From: a virus
Lineage: Duplodnaviria > Caudoviricetes
IMG/VR virus record: IMGVR_UViG_2706795949_000001
Span: 1-64,000 of that record
Reading direction: 5' to 3' (one strand)
Length of the DNA: 64,000 nucleotides
The notes below the pieces were generated by a model. The model did not search any database and was not told where the DNA came from. It was given only the letters and a program-made list of their open reading frames with translations. The position numbers and the translations under genes are program-made. Positions 63,424 to 64,000 of this stretch are shown piece by piece. Every line of letters starts with the position of its first letter. Within the stretch, counting starts at the first letter, position 1.

Positions 63424-63871
63424 GATTTTCTTCTTGCTGCTCTCCGAGGGCACTTCGGATTCCCTTTCTAAACTCCATGACCATCTCGACAATTTCGCTG
63501 GAATTCAGGTTGAATACTCCACCGTGGCGACTATATAGCTCACCCATGCAGAATCCTCGTGAAAAGAATTCCGCAAGCTGCCTGGTAATGTATATCTTGA
63601 CGGCAAGTATTTCTTCACCGGAGCACGTGATAAAATACTCTTTGTTCCTGTTGACCATTTCCTGAAAAACGCGCTCACCTGCCGCATGGAGAATGAGCGT
63701 ATACAGCGATACATCTCGTTCTGTCAGCGGTGTGATAATCATGTCAAGAACCTGGTCGGTCGACCACTCGAATTCTCCGGCCTTTTCGTGTGAGAGTTTT
63801 ATGGCGGGCTGTGCCAATAATTCTCTCTCCATTTCGCTTGGCGCCGGAAACATATTATCTGCGTATGTCAT
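63386..63871 (-). CDS. Hypothetical protein
   Basis: AAGGAG RBS; 161 aa. Confidence 0.7.
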   Translation of the reverse strand: MTYADNMFPAPSEMERELLAQPAIKLSHEKAGEFEWSTDQVLDMIITPLTERDVSLYTLILHAAGERVFQEMVNRNKEYFITCSGEEILAVKIYITRQLAEFFSRGFCMGELYSRHGGVFNLNSSEIVEMVMEFRKGIRSALGEQQEENHAGHDNSDGGGS

Positions 63872-64000
63872 GACTCGTCTTTCTCCTTGACTACTTCTCC
63901 GTCAATAACGATGCCGTGCGCCATAATTCCGAACATGGTCAGAATTATTTGTTCATACGAGTCGGGGTCTTGCATGAATTCTTCGCCCCAGCACATCTGA
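63868..64000 (-). CDS. Partial CDS (3' end), truncated by the window edge
   Basis: Open frame ...MCWGEEFMQDPDSYEQIILTMFGIMAHGIVIDGEVVKEKDES* with ATGA overlap. Confidence 0.6.
   Translation of the reverse strand, partial: QMCWGEEFMQDPDSYEQIILTMFGIMAHGIVIDGEVVKEKDES

Larger units (their letters stand above)
1..64000. mobile_element. Actinobacteriophage genome (siphovirus, mycolata host), continuing past the right edge of the window
   Basis: Complete terminase-portal-protease-capsid-tail-TMP-lysis order on +, replication/early genes on -, lysin B and WhiB present, no host housekeeping genes. Confidence 0.97.

Overview
The window holds most of the genome of a long-tailed dsDNA actinobacteriophage (siphovirus). 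Lysin B and WhiB point to a mycolic-acid host (Gordonia/Rhodococcus/Mycobacterium-type); the gene architecture recalls GTE7/ReqiDocB7-like phages (from memory, not searched). Layout: (1) 1-1200, non-coding and repeat-rich, with a candidate origin and a dif-like 11-6-11 site. (2) 1203-5942, a leftward replication module (Zn-finger/AAA helicase, small Zn proteins, AEP primase). (3) 6378-38157, rightward packaging, head and tail genes, including a frameshifted tail chaperone and a 3069-aa tape measure. (4) 38211-44704, an unusually fragmented lysis cassette with a split C5 DNA methyltransferase inside it. (5) 44766-64000, leftward early/middle genes (MazG-like, Cas4/RecB-like nuclease, WhiB, RusA, beta clamp, Orn-like exonuclease, SNF2 helicase, a simple tyrosine recombinase, many hypotheticals). 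No DNA polymerase, repressor, tRNA or true CRISPR array was recognised. Strongest leads: a putative multi-subunit endolysin, in which two separate catalytic genes end in the same W-D-x-x-L-T-Q-M-M-G-T tag and a LysA C-terminal-like domain is its own gene; a Xer/Cre-like recombinase with a dif-like site beside the candidate origin; a structured ~200-nt leader ending in a terminator ahead of the late operon; two more structured intergenic RNAs; and a possible Acb2/Tad1-like sponge. All functional calls come from motif reading only; no searches or folding programs were run.
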